From: Octopus bimaculoides
Lineage: Eukaryota
DNA: 37,687 nucleotides
Direction: 5' to 3'
Assembly (NCBI RefSeq): GCF_001194135.2
Contig: NC_068982.1
Coordinates: forward strand, 115,404,688-115,442,374
In this document: piece by piece, positions 34,974 through 37,687 of the stretch
Layout of the letters: every line of letters begins with the position of its first letter
Numbering within the stretch: position 1 is the first letter of the stretch
The notes under the pieces: model-generated
Database searches by the model: none
Seen by the model: the letters and a program-made list of their open reading frames with translations, nothing else
What the model was told of the DNA's origin: nothing
Translations under genes and position numbers: made by a program

Positions 34974-36689
34974 CCACTGAAACTATCAATGTTGCAGAAA
35001 ACAATGTTTGTAGGATATTGTTTGCTCTGGTGTATGGTATATGTGCATAGATAACTGGTGATGGGTTTTCATGTAGTGACAAAGACTCTGATACTGAATC
35101 TTGCTACAGCAACAGACTGTGCTCCTCACATGTTCAGGTGGTTTTTCATTTTTAGAATTTTTGTTTTGTTGTGTAGGTTTTCTGTGGGACTAGTTTGTGA
35201 ATAACCTGTTGTGATGGGTAGTGTATTGTTTTATGTTTCTCATAGTTTATGGTCATTAATTGTAGAGTGATTGAGATCCCAAGTAGGACTTGACATTATG
35301 TATTGTTTGTACACCTTGGAAGTCTCTATGTGGTTACACAACTGGCCAGAAATTTCAGCCAGATCTTCCTTAAATACTACCCTACTATCTTGAAAAATGG
35401 TCAAGAAACTGGGAACATGAATACTGAAAGTGTCAGTAAGAATGGATGGTTATGGTTAGAATAGCAGTTTTACTAGAATAGGGATAAATTCTCAGCTTAA
35501 AAAATATTTAAGTAGTGTATGGAGGTGTGGAGTGGTGTACGAAGTAGTGTGTGCATGTGTGTTTGTGTGTGGTATGGAGTGGTGTGTAGAAGTGTGATAA
35601 GTACTCTGAATATGTGGAGAGTGATATGTATACATAGTGGCATGCAGTGATGAGATGTGTAATGGTGTCATCTGAAGTGATGTAGTGGCATGGAATGATA
35701 TGGAAGCATGAAGTGATATGTGAAGTGGTGGGGGAGAAGTAGTCTGAAGATGTCGAGTGGAGTTGTGTAATGTTGGACAGTCCCGATCAGCAAAACCTAT
35801 GACAGAAAGGATTCTTTGATGACTTTCCAGTTATAATCATTCTATCTCTTTCTATATCTAGGATAACATTGTCCAATACAGCCTTAGTTAGGGTTTGATT
35901 TGAGGGAAATTTGGTTTCTATTTATAGCAAGTCAAGCACCTGTATAGAAGCTGCACAGCTAGCTTGCAATAGTCTTGTGGTAGTATGTGGAAGTGGGGTG
36001 AAGTGTGATGTAGTGTGTGTAGTGTGGTTTGGTGCAGTATGGGTGTGATGTTGTTGGGGAGAAAGGTAACAATATAAATGAAAGTATGAATCACTGAATG
36101 AACAGAAGGAAAAAAGATGTAAAAAATCACAAAATATATAAATAAATCTAAAAAGAAAGTTTAACATAACAAGATGAAGTAATGGAGAAACTGGTTCATA
36201 GAAAAATTGTTGAAGAATGAGATATATTCATTGATTTTTATCGATTTATTTTCCGATCAAAACTCCCTGCAGCAGATGCTTCAGATGTTGGCTTCATTAA
36301 TGTCTGGCTATTCAGCTTGAATCAGTTGAAATGAAAAGATATTCATACAAGGTTGCATATGATGTACAAAAAACATGGGATAGTCATAGCTGGAAAGTCT
36401 TTAATCATAGGTTGGCTTCCTCAAAGCTGACCTGGGTTAAACAACAACAACAACCAGAAAATAAAATAGTGATGAATTGCTTAAGAAGTGAAGTACTGAA
36501 GGATATCTTCAAAAACTTCTGTATTGTTTGATATTTGCTTCCAAGTAACTCATTGATAGCCCTAGTAAAGGGAGTGGTCCATCAGGTTCAGACAAGCCCC
36601 CCAAGCAATACCATGCAAATATAATTACTACCTAATATCTATTATAAGTGTTTCCACAATTGCAGAATTGATTGTGGAGATATCACCAT

Positions 36690-36900
36690 CATCCTTGATG
36701 TCATCATTCTCATCATCATCGTCGTCACCACTGCTGCCATCGCCATCATCATCATTTCAACGTTTACTTTTCCATGTTTGCATAAGTCAATATGCTGGGT
36801 TACAGAATTCTACAGCTGGATGCCCTTTCTGTTGTTAACCCCCATTTGTTTCCAAGTATGGTAATAATCTCTCAGTCTGTTGAACAACCAACAGCCCAGG
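36690..36900 (-). mobile_element. RTE 3' UTR remnant
   Basis: (CAT)n tail plus ttctacagctggatgccctttct. Confidence 0.6.
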
Positions 36901-37334
36901 CATGTTTACATGGAGAGCTGGAAACAAACAACATTGTATGGATGAGCCTTTTGTTAATAAAGATTGTGCAATATGTCAAGAAACCTGGATATCATTTCAT
37001 AGTGGACTGTAAGCAAATGACACCACTAGTGAAGCCATTTTTTATATCTTGTATCTTTTATCTTTTACTTGTTTCTGTCATTTTGATTGTGGACATTTCT
37101 TGAGGAATTTTAGTTGAATGAATCAACTACAATACATGTTTTTTGAGCCTCATACTTATTCTGTTGGTCTCTTTTACCAAACTGCTAAGTTACAAGGATG
37201 TAAGCATACTAACACCAATTGTCAAGCAGTGGTGGGAGACAAACACAGATACAAACTCACACACACATGCATGCACTTGCACATGTCACATGCACACATA
37301 CATGCAAGCACATGTGCACACACACACATACATA

Positions 37335-37645
37335 CAGGGTAGACCCAGGAAGACGTGAGATGAAGTGGTGAGAAGGGATTGTCAGATGCTGGGCCTTACT
37401 GAGATGACAAGGAATCAGGACTTATGACGATTTGCTGTATTCGAGAAGACATGTCAAGCTAGTAAAATTGTGGCCATCCATACATACAGGCCAATTGAGA
37501 GGTTTTGTCTTATAGGTGCTGATGACACATAAAATGCACTTGTGCCAGTACCACGTGGACTGCACCCATGCTAGTGACACATAGAAAGCACCCAGTACAC
37601 CCTGTAAGTAGTTGGTGTTAGGAAGTGCACCCAGCCATAGAAGTG
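37335..37645 (+). mobile_element. RTE C-terminus and 3' UTR
   Basis: GRPRKT*DEVVRRD..LGLTEMTR, followed by UTR motifs (aagcacccagtacac, ttaggaagtgcacccagcc). Confidence 0.8.
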
Positions 37646-37687
37646 AATTTGATAGATGAGAAACTGAAAGCGGCCCATCATATATAT

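Noticed and set aside
34200-35090. Long open frames across the reconstructed empty MITE site and a strong acceptor at 34199
   Set aside because: Several frames are open because of compositional bias. No recognisable protein or matching donor.

Overview
AT-rich animal genomic DNA, not prokaryotic. The microsatellite load, tRNA-derived SINEs and RTE LINE 3' UTRs point to an octopod cephalopod (inference from the repeat landscape). It is a draft assembly with six N gaps. Most of the window is decayed transposons: RTE LINEs, R4/Dong-type REL retrotransposons, a Helitron scrap, a hAT transposase fossil, Merlin-like and hAT MITEs, a solo LTR and SINEs. Nearly all listed ORFs are repeat shadows. The exception is a CpG-rich island at about 18.5-22 kb. 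It holds an intact-looking, intronless minus-strand gene (ATG 21715, stop 21446) for an 89-aa, 43%-Arg protamine-precursor-like protein with repeated GG|R motifs, TATA/E-box/CCAAT elements upstream and a duplicated AATAAA cassette downstream. Next to it are two RFX X-box matches, an in-frame 39-bp direct repeat, and a gap-interrupted repeat that reads as His/Arg/Cys-rich on one strand and Gly/Cys-rich on the other. Together these may form a spermatid nuclear-protein locus, which is a hypothesis only. Other oddities are a twin hairpin sharing one loop (15555-15738) and clean nested insertions in a Dong element.
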